From Balanoglossus misakiensis (lineage: Eukaryota > Animalia > Hemichordata): a DNA stretch of 64,000 nucleotides. The stretch spans positions 9,319,061-9,383,060 of the forward strand of contig CM082584.2 in NCBI GenBank assembly GCA_040954595.2, read 5' to 3'. Below, piece after piece: positions 1-14,000 of the stretch. The notes under the pieces are model-generated. The model searched no databases, had not been told where the DNA came from, and saw only the letters and a list, made by a program, of their open reading frames with translations. A program made the position numbers and the translations under genes. Positions within the stretch are counted from its first letter, which is position 1. Every line of letters begins with the position of its first letter.

Positions 1-2031
1 TACATTCATCACTGCCACGATAAACAATTTACAAACCTGGACAATTTTAGTGTTGAATACCTTTTTACAATGCCTTCATGTGATAATTTAGTATTAGTGT
101 CTTTTGTTTTTATACTGTGACTATTTTTGTGTGTGTTGGTAAACCAGTCTAAGTGTTTTGTGATTTTTAGTCGTAGTGTACTATTCAGGACTGATTTTAA
201 TGTAGGCCTCTATTTTTATCAAGAATCTGTATTTTATTTATTTTTATGTATTAAAATTTGATTGAAAATTCATATGCGACACTGTGTTATATATGCTTCC
301 CTGGGGCAAAAGTGGGATCATGCAACCCCCCCCCCCCCCCTCCCTCCAGAAAAGACCAGTTTTCTCAAAAGGTTGAACGACTCCAGTAAAATTACTAATG
401 ACAGACAACTGCATGGCACATGACGTTTCATTTTTTTAATGATCTTTTCCAACACGGGCAAAACTTGACAAAAGAAAATATGTAGCTGCCAGACGAAAAA
501 CTGAAAACAAATTGGACAACAAATTTACATATTAGAACAACACGTACGACTTCCTTTCTTGTGGAAACAACAATGCTGACGCAGTGAGCAGTAACGAAGA
601 CCGCAATAACACCAAACTGGTAAGTATCTCAACCAGTATAATGGCAAACTGGTGACGATGACATTGAAATGATATTGTACATGGCCCCAGTGTCTACCAA
701 GTAAACATCTATGAAGTGCTTGACAGTGCTTTTAAATTATATGAGGTGTTTTTATGACAAAAATTACTTTCACAATGATAGACAACTCTCCAGTACATGG
801 ATGCTGGTGTATTTCATCACCATGGTGATTATTAAATTATTGAACAGGCTGAAAAAATTTTTGCAATGTGCATTTCATCCAGTATGGTACAGTTGCCCCA
901 TCGTGCCATAAACCCCATCCACATGTTTAACAGACAGGGCCTGCTTCGGCAAATCTGCATAAAGCCCAAACCCTAGACGAAGCATAGACACTGATGCCAC
1001 TGATGTCCTACAAATGATCCTTGTTCATTTCTGATGGACAACACTGCAAATGGCTTCAAGTGTCGATTCATTTCGTTTTAACGCGAGTATCCATCAATAA
1101 GTGCAGAATGACATCTTGAAATGTGATGAAAACATATTCGGTGTGTACTTTCTGATCTGGAAAATGCAAAAGTTGCATTGGAATTCATCTCTCTGAGGAT
1201 AGGCAAGATACTGGCCGCACACTCCTTGAATTAAGTTCAGTGCAAAGATTTAATATGGGCCTTTGATTGTCACTGGTGACAGAAAAGGAAATAACTTTTT
1301 TATTCCCTCAGAATCACTTTTCATTAACGCTGTTGAACTCTTTTATTGCTAACACACTGACAGCAGATTTATCTTTCCCCGGGAACTGTAAATCAAAGAT
1401 GAGTTTTTGCACAGGCAATTTCGAGGAGACCTGACTTGCTCCTTCAGTGACCATGACTGCAGTGTGAATTAAAACTCTGTATTAAACACTGATAACAAAT
1501 TCTTTTCGCCCCATATTACGTGCACGCATCTCTCTACATTCAGTACTTTTTTTTTCAGACATCTGTACATGGAATGAAGAGTAAAAACTGTACAAACAAA
1601 ATGCAACAGAAATAACAGTCACGACAACACCAAAGCTGTGACAATTCCACCAGAACGGTGGAAATGGCTTTTGATTTGAATAAACTCTCCCCACTGGGAA
1701 TTGCGTTGCTTGCAGTCAACACTCTCGATGGGGCGGGGGGAGGTAGCTTCAGCACAGCACTGAAAAAAAATCAATATGTATTGCACCTGCCAAGAAACAA
1801 GAGAAAATCAGAAGGTAAAGCGGGGCGTTAATCTTTACCCCACTTTAAAACTTGCATGTATCGCTTGCCCTTGAGCCAGCCTGAGCCAACCGGGGGGCAG
1901 CGGTCTCTTGTCAATATCTCTTGAACATACACCAAGGCTCTTGGCCTCATCTGATGTCAACCTGGCAAAAAAAATCACGCCAGGTTCAAGTCCGTCCTTA
2001 AATTTCAGACTTTCGTCTCAGCAGAGGATCA

Positions 2032-5000
2032 CTACACGCTGCTCTGCTCTGAGCCATCTTTCAGATTTTCCGACTTCTGTAGCTTCTTGAGCTCCGCGCG
2101 TAAATTGGTGACTTGTTTCTGCAGTTTGGTGTCCTTGGGCGTCTCCTTCAGCCAGCCCTCGACTTCTTGGAGGATTTTCTCCCTCTTCAAGAAAAAGTGG
2201 GTGTTGATGACTTCCTCCAAGCCTGGCGTCGGTCGCTGTAGGTGGGCCACCATGGCGTATTTTATGCTGTTGATTTTAACCTCTGATGAAAAAACCAAAA
2301 AAAAGAAATAATACTAATTTCTGCGTATTTATGGCTCAGTAATTTCATGAACTGCGATGTGCTTTTGCTCTCTGCATAATTAGCAGTCATAGCGCACTGC
2401 CCTAGTTTACAGAAACCCATTTCAGGCACACATCGATAAACTAAACCCTTCCACCCCCAGTTCAATCTATAGAGGTCCAACCTTCCCATAGAAGATGAAT
2501 GGATTTGGACTGGACCATAGTGGTGAAAGGGTTAAAGAAAGCCATCGACAAACTTAACGGTTCCAAAACACCCAACACACCTTGATTGTACTCTTTGCTG
2601 TGTTTTCTACCGGAGTCCGTTCCGATTTCTTGCTCGTAGCCGGGCTCGTTGAAGTACGGCTCGGCCACCAGGATCAAGGATTGTATAGAGATGAGCACTT
2701 GTAACACTGTCGACGTCTCATTCCATTGCTCCCCTCCTTGCCCCTCCCAGGTTCCGAGCAGTGACAGGCACACCTTGCCAGAGCTGGTAATATAGGGTTG
2801 AAATAAAAAAAAAAACAACATATAACCATAAAATAATTAAGTCTCAGACAGTTATGTTAAGGATGTATTCTGTGCCATTGCAAATCTGTCTGTCCAACCA
2901 TTCATCCCTGTATGTCTGTCAGTCTGTCAGAGTCTTCTTCACTTACTTGTAAAGATTTGGGTTGAACCTGACAGAGCCATTGCCAGTGGTCTGTAGATTG
3001 ACGTGAGGAGGGACTTTGGGATAGTTATTGGGAAAGAAAATATCAAAGAGATAACAGCCTCCAGAGTACGGTGTCCCTTCCGGTCTGTGAAGTGGAAAAC
3101 AAATTTTTTTCCAGTGCAGCAGTCATAATGTGGAAGAACTATGCAATACTATGAAAATTTTAACACATGTATACATATACTTTTTTCAGCTTTCATGGCA
3201 TTTTTCCAAAACCGCAAACCATTTTCACTTACCCAATGATCAGTGCTTGCATAAGGTTTATTTTTTCATCATCCTGTTGAGAGATAAAAGTCAACTTGTC
3301 AGGCTGTAACCTATGGCATTCAATTGTATCGTATAATAACTTCCCAAATTAAATACCATACATAATCAGGCAGACCACTCACCGTTCTGACAAATATTGC
3401 TGAAGAGAGATCCAGTGGAAGAGATGAAGACAAAGATGTAAATTCTTGCGCCAATCTAAACACCTGTCGAACGTTAAAATGCAAATGAGGAATTGTTAAA
3501 TTCTCGTATGGCAACACAAGGTATGCATCACACTAAGGTACAGTGAACTGCATTGGATTGCAGGTAACACAGTCTGACGGCACAAAAAAGTCATTCTAAA
3601 CTGAATTTGAAAATACTTTAAACACTACCATATGGAGCAGGTTTTCACTCACCTACTCACTCACTCACTCACTCACTCGCTCACTCAATCACTGACTCAC
3701 CTGGCTAGAATGCGGTTTGGCAGATTTGTCAAACTGGGAAGCATAGTGGTGAATATGAGCACCAGAGACGGAAATTTCACAACTATCAAACTGTAATTCC
3801 TTCAAAGCTCTCTTGTACCTCACATCTAATGGCTCCTCCTGTCAACGAGAGGGCGGAAACAAATATTCATGTATGCAAATCACATTTCTAGTCACATGAT
3901 ACTTTATGACCAATCAGATTTAAATGTTGTTTATCATGCATGGAATTGTGATGGCCCAATAAAAATGATGCTTAGGTATTCATCATGTATAAATCTTTAG
4001 CTCACACTATATTATGGGAACTATACAGTCATTTGGACAATATGGTAAACAGAGTACACTGTGTATATCTTACTTCATCCGTGGATATGGTAAAATCCAT
4101 ACTGACTGTGTCTTCGCCTTCACCTTTGCCCTTGATTTCTTTGCCATGGCGACTGACAGCATTGGATACTATCTGGAACAATGCTGCAAATCCTCTGTAG
4201 GGGAAAATGACCAGAATGGAATGATTGAGATGTATAGTGGCCAGTCGCCAAGGGACTTTCCTAAACTGGCCTTTACAGATCGCAAGGTGGCCATGCACTA
4301 ACACAGGTTTGACTGTACAGTACATAAACATCTACCATAGAATCTAAGACACATTGGGGCAAACACTCCCACATCACCACGGAAGAAGAAGAGACCTTGG
4401 CTACCTTGCTAACTTCTCTTCAGCTGTCTTCTCCACCACAGAACTCTTGGGTGGTTCCGTAGGCAATGTCTGCACCACATGTTCTATGGGACCAAACAGA
4501 TCATGGATCACCCAGGTCTCGATCTTCTGTTCCTTGGGGTGATCTTTCTTTGGTGCCTTGGGGATACTCCCGTTAGCTGCTTTACCCATACGTTCTAACA
4601 ACATATTGGCCTGAAAATTGGAAACATAAATAAAAACAGTGTCCCATTATTAATTTAAGTGTGGTTTGGGGGACCATAATGGAAAATGTTTTTTGTGTTT
4701 CTGTCAAGATTACCCATGGTTGGTAACAGAACATATATAACAGTACAATACATGTCAGTCTAGTACAATGGCAACTTCAACTTTGTACCAAGATATGCAC
4801 CGGCCCACATAAAATATACTTGTAGACAAGAAAGTCACTTACCTTGCCTTCTAAGATTTCTAAATGCTCGTAGACTGACTGACTTTGATGAGGTAAGGCA
4901 CAGAGTAGACCAACTAACTTGGGTTGCACAGCTGGTATGTCAGACAAGTGATACAAACAAACAAACAAACAAATAAGTAAACAAGCAAAAAAGGACAATG

Positions 5001-8000
5001 ATTAAAATATGACACCTGGCATGAGTCACACCTAAGAAATCTAGTAAAAGTTATTTGTGAGGTGTTAACATTGGTCGGTTGACAGCCATCAGAATAAGGA
5101 CGGAAATTTCTCATCAAATACGCACAATGCACGACTGGAATCAGTTTTGTATTTATGATTTATCATCACTGGCAGACCAATGTCACCCATAGAATATACA
5201 TCTTGAGAAATGTTTGAGATCATACAATTAATAAATAATGTATACTTACCTATCTCCCTTATGGTGTCTAGAATAGCTTTGTAAAGCTGTAAAAAGGCAA
5301 AAAAAAATTCATTTCACAACCACTCCGAAACAGCATTAGTGTTACAAATTAATCTACCGTACACTTGAACTAACTTACAAAATGTGTTAGACCACCATCC
5401 GGGGTATGACAGCACACTTACCATTGTATGTCTGCAGATTTCCAGGAAAGAGACATCTTTTAGGTAGGACTGCAACAAAAGAAAGACACCAGGTTCTGAA
5501 TATACATGTAGATCCTTCACTCGCATAAAAAAATAATGAAAAGTGTCAAGAAAGAGCTATCCAAACTGAGATTCAATCTGCATCCCCCCAATGGCTTATG
5601 TTTGACCCTTTCACCACCATGGTTTGGTCCAGATGCATTGTTTTCTAAGGTAAAGTTGGACCTCTACAGAGAGAAATAGGGGTGAAAGGGTTATAAAGCT
5701 CACCTCCAGAAAAGGCACTAGCGCTGATCCTTCCAGTATACTGTACACATCCGACAGAGGATCCACGGGCTCCAGAGGGCACTCGTCACCGCTGCTGCAA
5801 CTACTGCTGCTGTTGCTGCCGCTACTGTTGCTGTTGCTGGCGTTGGCACTGTTGTAGCCGCTGCTGCAGGTGCTGGCCGCCAACACAGTCTGTGAAGAAG
5901 TACTGGGCGTGGCTGCGGCTGGACACGCTGCTGCAGCGGCGGTCGCATTGGCAGTCACTCTAAGGCTGCTACTGCAGGCAGCCGAGTCATTGACATTGTT
6001 GCACCCACCACTACACGTGGCATTGCCGGGGGTTGCATAACTGGTCGAAGCGACCGCTTGGTTTTGACAACTGCTACTGCTCTTCCCGCCTTGCCCTTTG
6101 CCACACCCGCCACGCTTTTTCAGATTGCTGGGTCCATAGCTTTGAAACAAGTTCCTCAGTTCCATTAGAATACTATTTAGGACGGACTCGATTTGTTTAT
6201 CTTTTTCCTTTTGAGCTGCTATGTACGCTGCAATGTCCCAACCTGGTGATAGACAGAAAGTTACAAATGTCAAGGCCAAGGTAGTAATTACAACCCCAGT
6301 CCCATAGAGGAACCATGTTACAATGAAAGTCGCGTGATTACACAACTCAAGCTTGTCGAAAACGGGCAACAAAAACTCCACCATGAAAATGTGATATTAT
6401 AATCATAATTTAATGTAAGCTGGTGTATAGCACTAGTACATGTACCTGGCCTATGCCTGTGTCCATACCCAACACCTTTAGTCCAATATTCCTTCTTCTT
6501 TGATTCCTTATACAATAAAGAGAAGAAAAATGGGACAGTTTAGGAACATAATTATACACATACAAATTAAGTGTAACAAGAATGTACAGGTTACATGCAT
6601 GTACATGTACCTGGGTGTAACAGAGCAATAGTACGTGTACAGTAAATTCCTGCATTTAAGTGGCACCACTGATTATAGGCACCAGTGATACATCCAATTC
6701 CTAACCCTTAACACTCTGAACGCAGACAACACTGTGAGACTTTCTCGTGATGCAGTGCAACTGAGATATACCAAAAGAATATCATGCATTTGAGATCATG
6801 CAATTAAAAAACATACTGAAAATAAGAGCATTCAACAGAACAATAGAAATGACCTTTTCCGCTCGATGTAAGAGGGAAAAAGTGCATTTCTCGAACTCTA
6901 AACACTGGGGCGGGTACGTACAAGGGAGAACCATTTGGGGGCTTAAAACCAGTTAAGATGTACAGCCAGTGCTGGTGTGTCTGCTGCTGCAGGTTTGATT
7001 TTGGTCAGTCTTTGAGACTTGGTAGTTTTGTTGTGACACGCTGTTCCAAAACACGACAAGTTCATTTTTCTTATCATTGGCATGTTGTTTGGCTTAAAAA
7101 GGAAACATTTTTCTTGGCTACAAACTCAACAACCAGAACTTGCTGTGGGTGTCAAAAGGGAGAATATTTGGTGAAATGGTGCCAGTTTTTACAAGATGCG
7201 TAAAAAGCAAGATGGTGCCGTGATGCAATGTTTGCGAATGTAGATTTTATGACAAGCACTGGAAGCATGCGGAAACTCAAAGAGTGATGATTACGAGCTT
7301 GCGCCACGGAGCGTCACAGTTCACCAGAGTTAACTTTCCCAGAGCAATGAGAGAGAATGTATGCAAGGTCAAGAATCGCACACGTTCAGTCACTTTTGTT
7401 GCGGGTGATGATAAAGACTGATTTCCCAAGCGATTTAAGTTAAATTATTATAATTATTATTAAAATGCTACATTTTCTAATTGCTAAAAGAGGAAGGGTC
7501 AGTCATTGCTGCAGACTGACCCCGGCAGACCCCATTTTTTCATTGAAACTATGTAACTATGTTTGTTTTCTTGATGCCATTCGCAAAAAGGGATTCCTCT
7601 TGCTTACAATGAGGCCAAGATGGGTTTTGCTGTATCTGAATCTGAAGCTGAATCTGATCTGAATCTGGACGACAACAATTCAAATCCGAATCTAAATCTA
7701 AATACTTCAATGCAAGTTTTTACTGCAAGCGTCTATTATGTGTGATGTCGTGTGACAACAGAGTTGAGCTCTGAGAATGTTATCTTTGCAGAACTCGTAT
7801 TCTGACCATAAATAAAAACGACGGTTTCAGAAAAAGAAAATGATGCCATGGAAGCAGGAACAGAGTGAGAGAGTGAGAAAGAGAGTTAGATGGTATAGTC
7901 TTACTGGTTTTGAGTTTTTGAGTTGTTGGAAATGCTTCTCCCAGGGTAGACTGATAATACTGAGGGGCTTATTACCAACCTCAGCTGCCAGGCGAATCTC

Positions 8001-11000
8001 TGGGGGCTTCTCCACGTCTATGGAATACTTCAGGTTGGCTCTGGGCGATATCTCGCTGACCTGCAAAACAAGAACCGGTCAGTCGGTGGCAGTGACTGGC
8101 TTGAAATTAACCCATCCGTTTCAAAGGCACAGAAAGTTGGCCATTTGGGACAATCACAGAATCTTAATCAAAGGAGGGAGGGGGAGGGGGGATTCTCAAT
8201 TCCGAGACACTAGACATCAATTTTTTAAATGCACAGGTGCCGGACCATTCTCAACTTGATATGAGGACATTAGAGTTTGATAAATAATACATTACCAGAG
8301 CAAGTCTGAGTAAATGGTGTTCAATGTCGACATATGAACCCTTGGGATACCTCTTGGGATCATTACGTTGACTGTCAAGTTCAAGTCTGTTTGGAGATAG
8401 AACGCAGACCAACAAATTAGAAATAACATTTTAAGCCACAACCTACTTGCAGAAATTCAAGACAAAGTCCACTTTTTATTGTAAAATATAAATACTATTA
8501 TTAAAAGGCAGTCCGCAAAATATACAGGAAAAAATAAAAGCTCCCAGTCTGTGACGTAAAGAGTTGCTTGATGTGGTCAGTGTGTGTCAACCAAATCAAC
8601 ATTATTTATTCTATGTCGTGCACGTCTAATCCTAATAGCAATTAATTGAAGACATAAAAACGTTGAATGCAATCGTCGATAACGTAACAGACCATATCGG
8701 GCGAATCCTTAGATCAGCTTTTACTGCAGAGTGTCTCGCACTCATGTGTGGTTACTTTCTGGACAGTTTTTTTACGGCAAATAAAAAGGTTTTCCAAGGA
8801 TGTCACTGTCTCACTGCGTGTCTCGCACACATTACACAAACATTAAAACTGGGTGAATTTGATTCGTGAAGCCTAGATTAAGAATGGTGGTCAATTACAG
8901 ATGTGACCGCAACACTGAAAGGGCAAGACATTTGATCTGATATCTCTATCAGTGCAATCGGATAGCTGCATGCACACAACAGAATATTTCAGGAAGAAAA
9001 TTTACGTTGTGGTAATGTTTCTACACTGCAGTCAAGTAAAAATGAATTTTCAGTTGAGCAGACTGTGAATACAACACATACCTTGCCCAGTTCTGCAAGT
9101 ATCCCTTGATTTCTGACAAGACTGTCTTCATATCCTTCGTTGGATTCCTACAAGATTGACAGTGACAAAGAAAAACACCAAGATGAGACGTAGACAATAA
9201 AAAAAAAACATGATTGAGTATAATGGAAGGAGAATGTCGCTTGAAGAATCCAGAAATTATGTCATCAATTCTTTGGCGTCGTAAACACCTACCTTGGTGA
9301 TCCATTTTGATGAATCATCATTTTCCCAGATTGAATCCAACTTTGGTAGTACATGTATTAACTTGAACAAAAGTTACCGGTAGTATAAAATCCTTAAAAA
9401 TTAATGCCTTCCCGCCAAAGGACAAGATATACCTGAACACATCTGGCGCAACCTGCTCATGTTCTGACCACTTTGGGATATACATCATCCCAAAAAGTAT
9501 GAGACATACCCCAGTCATTCGACCTTCATTTGACCCCCTCCTCCCATTGACCATGACATTTCTCTGAGTCACATCAGAGCGAAGTCAACGTGACTCACAC
9601 TAGTGGGAATGTCACATCCAACCGCAAGGGGGCGCTCGTCACTTTGACATTGCATGCACGCAGTCAATTTAAAATCAATTTGCAGTTCCAGAGAATACAT
9701 CTGTACGCAGTGATTGCCCCAGACCACTCACCAGAAAGACAGCTTCAACATTTCCATGTTTGTGACTCGTTGCATCATGCTATCCTATGAAACAAAGAAA
9801 ACACACATTTTTGACGTCAAAATTAAAATATGAGTCTTATGGCCATTTTGCCTGTTGAGTATTCCATCCCAGAGAAACCAGTGATGCATCATTGCGCAAT
9901 TCTTGAAAACTCCGGAATCAGTCAATCGGTTTTGGAGAACACAGCGAGCCCACAACCAAGCAGGGTTTTCAGAGAGAAAGTTATGCCTGAGTATAGATAG
10001 CCTTGGGCGAAATTTATGGCGGGCGACTGCCCCTCTCTCACCTGTAATCTTGGCCGTATCACTTTGACTAACGGTGGATAAAATGGAAACAAATCTATTG
10101 CAAAGTCCATCTCCAGCTGGATGTAGTTGTAACAGTACTTGGATTCAATAGCCTCCAAATCATTGGCAATGTCACTGCAAAGCAAAAGAAATCTGGGCTC
10201 AGACACTGATTTTATGACATCAGCAGGACTGATGCTGATGGTGTTAATAGACACTGTTGAAGTGATATAATGTACAAGAAAATTGACAAAAGCTGCAAAT
10301 GTACAGCAAAACCATTTACATGTAGTTGATGTATTTGATCAGCAGTTTGCTTTTGTCCATCCTATATAACTGATAAACTTGCCATAGATAGAACTAGTAT
10401 TTCCCGATTGTACAACACCACTCCTTACCTCCCTTCTTCAAAATCGAACAGCCTGACTGTCCATTTGTAAATGTTATCATCGATGGGCTCTGCTGACAGA
10501 CCCAATTTCTGCAGGATATGGGACAGAAAGAATCGTTGCTATAACCTGCTATATTGTTCACAAATATTACTCCTCAACTAAGTGATAAAGTGCTAAATGT
10601 ATCACATAATCCCAGGGGATAATACCAAATGCAGGTCAACGTTCGGGAATCCATACGAGCCCTTTCAGATGCTTGTCCTGGAGGCATCTCCAGAACTGTA
10701 CACCTGATCTGAAAACAAATTGTCCAGTTTGGATAAACTCAATTAAACCTAGAACTTAATTTGGGAGACATCGTAGCTTCAAGGTACATGTACCGTAGAC
10801 GTGTAATAGTAATGAATGCACTGAATGCACAAATTGCTGGAATCCAGTGGCTCAACAAATTCAATCCTCAACCAATTGTCTTGGTCAAAACCGGCAGCTG
10901 TGCCAACGTACGATACATGCACTGTACGTAATTTCAGTACTTGGTGAATGACACTTAATCTTGCACTGTGGGACTTTAATCGAGTTGCGCCGACCGGCTA

Positions 11001-14000
11001 TAACCAACCTTTTCTGATTCAAGTATTTTCACTAAATCGTTTGTCAGTACGCCCGAGGCAGCGGTGTTACTGAAAATCTGTTTGGCTTGTTCTTGTTCTT
11101 GATCAGACGCTGTTGATTAAAAAAGAGGAGAGATTACTTTATGGGGGGAGAATATATATAGCAGTATTTTCTTTCCAGGTTGTTAGGCTGTATCTGACAG
11201 CCAAATACTGACCACTACCACATTAGCATATCTTCAGAATTGTTCAAAAATGAAAATTTTTGCAAATCAGGATGTAACACAGTAATAGACCAGCTCAGTT
11301 TGATTAAGATTTGAAATACTGTTCAGGTGATCGTACATAGACAACATGGATATCTTTTTTTAGTTTTAATTTGTTATCAATCACATCAATCATACCCTGC
11401 AAGACTTCTAATTCTGTTCCGTCAACAACTGCTTTGGCTCTTTTCCTTCGTTTCATTTCCTCTCGAATTTCCGCCTCTTTTTCCGCCCACCGTTTCTGGA
11501 TAAAAAAGAGACATCAAGAAGCAACAAACGTAAACACGAGTTTCTTGGCACGTTTATCTCAATACAAGAAATACTGCCAAAGATCAAAATGAATCCAAAA
11601 TGGCAGAAATACAGCCATTTAGAGAGACACTAAAATTAAAACAGAATTTTTGCACAAACTGCACATGTCCCGCCAGCTCCCATTTTGAAACCTTCCACTA
11701 ACACAAGCTACTTAAACACTGTCTCGTTCTGCCCAGACATCATAGCACATTTTAATACGTTGGTGGCTCTGCAGAAGTTGGCCCCGGATTTTTCCCTCTC
11801 TACAGCTCTGCCCTTTCTGGTGCAATACCCCGTCTATCAATTACTACCTACTTCGCGAATGAACAAGCGGGTCAGGTTCTGTTGAGAATAGCCAGCACCT
11901 ACTTAGCTAAATTATTTGCCACCTCTGTCTGTGTATCATAAAAACCCTGCAGATCCCAGTGATCTAGTACCGCTGCGATGCAGGTTATTCGTTCATTCAG
12001 TCTCCACTGAGAGAACCAATTGGCCAAATGATCATCTTTCCTGTAATCCACTCCACTCCTGTATATACAACTGCGCAAAACTGGCTCTTTAATCACAACA
12101 GACAGATTGCATGTACTACTACACCATATCCAAGGCCACAGACATTTTCTCTTCCCTCAGGTGGGGTATTCTTTGATGTTTGAGCAGCCTTGCTTTTACA
12201 GTAACAATATTACTCCTTCAGGCAGTCGTGTTTTGATTGGGCAAGGAGAATGCCACGCCACGCCACCCCCCCCACCCACCCCCCCCCCCCCCCCCCGCCA
12301 CGCCCCGTCACACACCTTTTTTCTGGCAATGTCAAGTTCCCACTTTGTTGTAAATGTGCAATCGTCATCGTCGTCGGACATCATCATTGCCTCGTGCTCG
12401 TCTTCCTCATCCTCCTCGTCCATTCCATCCTCATCATCCGACACATCTGGAGAGGAGGATCGGCCTCCGTTGCCATGGAGCCCAACGGCCTTGGCGAGCA
12501 CATCTTTCATCATGAGCTGAGTCGGTGCATCTAGAAGATACTGAAATGACATCTTCGAGTGAAATTTTGCATCGTTTATGCAAAATACAACAAAAAAGTT
12601 TCCATGTAGTAAGTCTTTGATGTTCAAGGTGTATAGTTCCTAACATTAAACAATCAATGGTACCAACAATGGAAAGAAAAGCAAAATCATGGAACACTCA
12701 AAACACTGCAGAACGGCACTAAAAATAACCTGTCCCAGCTATTCTCTCTGTAACCGCTGAAAAGGAAGTTGATTTCCACTGTACAAAGCCTGGAGAATTG
12801 GGAAATTCCCCAGGGTGCTCCTTCTCCAGGGAAGCATTCTCCGATGTCAGCGAATATCACAGGGAACCCACAATTAATGGCAATAAAAATCTACGAAATG
12901 AATTCTGACGCAACATTATGTCCCACTAATCGACAAGAAAGTAATTCTGTTCTCAATTGTATAGTGAATAGGGCCATACACCAAAATCTCCTTCCTCAGA
13001 TGATAATCAATTTATTTCAAAATTGCTCGCACAATGAAGTCTATCCATTAGAAAAGCTGGGTTAGGAAATCAAAAATGACAAGCTACATTTGCTATTTTG
13101 TGACATAATTGCTGTGGCATGGATTTCTGTTATTTGTCACTGTGACAAAATGTCATTTTTCTCGTAACGTAAAAAGATATTCATGTGTTCTCCGGTCAGA
13201 GTGTGGTTTTAATGTATAAATGTATTTGATATCAATTTTAAGCATGAATTATGGATTGCCATTGACGTATTTGCAAGCTTCGAATACAACCATGCCGGTA
13301 GCTACAGCTCTTAATTCAGACGAAACGGTACACACGCTATTGAAGCTTTAAAAAAGAGTGTACATGTACATTATAATAAAGAAAGGTTGTGCTGATGGAT
13401 CCACAGTGGAGTGGCCGTGGGTGGATGTAATCTTTCCGAGAAAATATTGTCTCTTCTTTAGCAAAAAAAGCACTGCCTCTGCCCCCTGAGGGGATAGGTC
13501 ACACATCCGTCAGAGAGCAGAACTTCCCTGTGGTGTACCATGGTGCTTCAGATACAGAGGACTTGCCTCGGGGGCAACATGTATCGATCGCCAGGTGTGA
13601 TCTGTACACAACGTTGATTGTTCAGTGCATTAACCAAGGAATAGTCAAACATCCAGCTGCATGGATTCTGTGCGTCTTCATTTTCTCTCGCCGTTTATTA
13701 CTTCAATTTTATCACATTACTAAACAAGACACTCAGGTTTTTTTTTTCTTCAAGTGTCTCTGATTTCTGTTAGCAATTCAGATACGCAACCAGGCAAGAT
13801 AATCCACTTTCCACGGTTGACATAAGTGTATGTTTAAAAATAGCATGTAGGTATTACAGACACACTACAGCACGGAATACAGAAAAGTCGCGAAAGAATA
13901 ATGCGTACGTCCAACAGCGTACGTACAATAGAATGCTATTCGGAGATAAATTCTATAGTATACACCAGATATTATGTTTGCCAGTACAGAGAGCGAGGTC

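Noticed and set aside
1195-1260. miR-31-like sequence as a miRNA gene on the + strand
   Set aside because: It has no complementary star arm and diverges after nt 15; it is better read as a target site on the minus strand.
6708-7333. Possible TTAA-flanked element, and a nearby hexamer repeat at 7630-7700
   Set aside because: The terminal repeats are too degenerate to call without a repeat library.
12730-12756. 27-nt poison exon candidate (RLQRE-stop) in an E2 intron
   Set aside because: The donor is weak (GTTATT) and there is no independent support.
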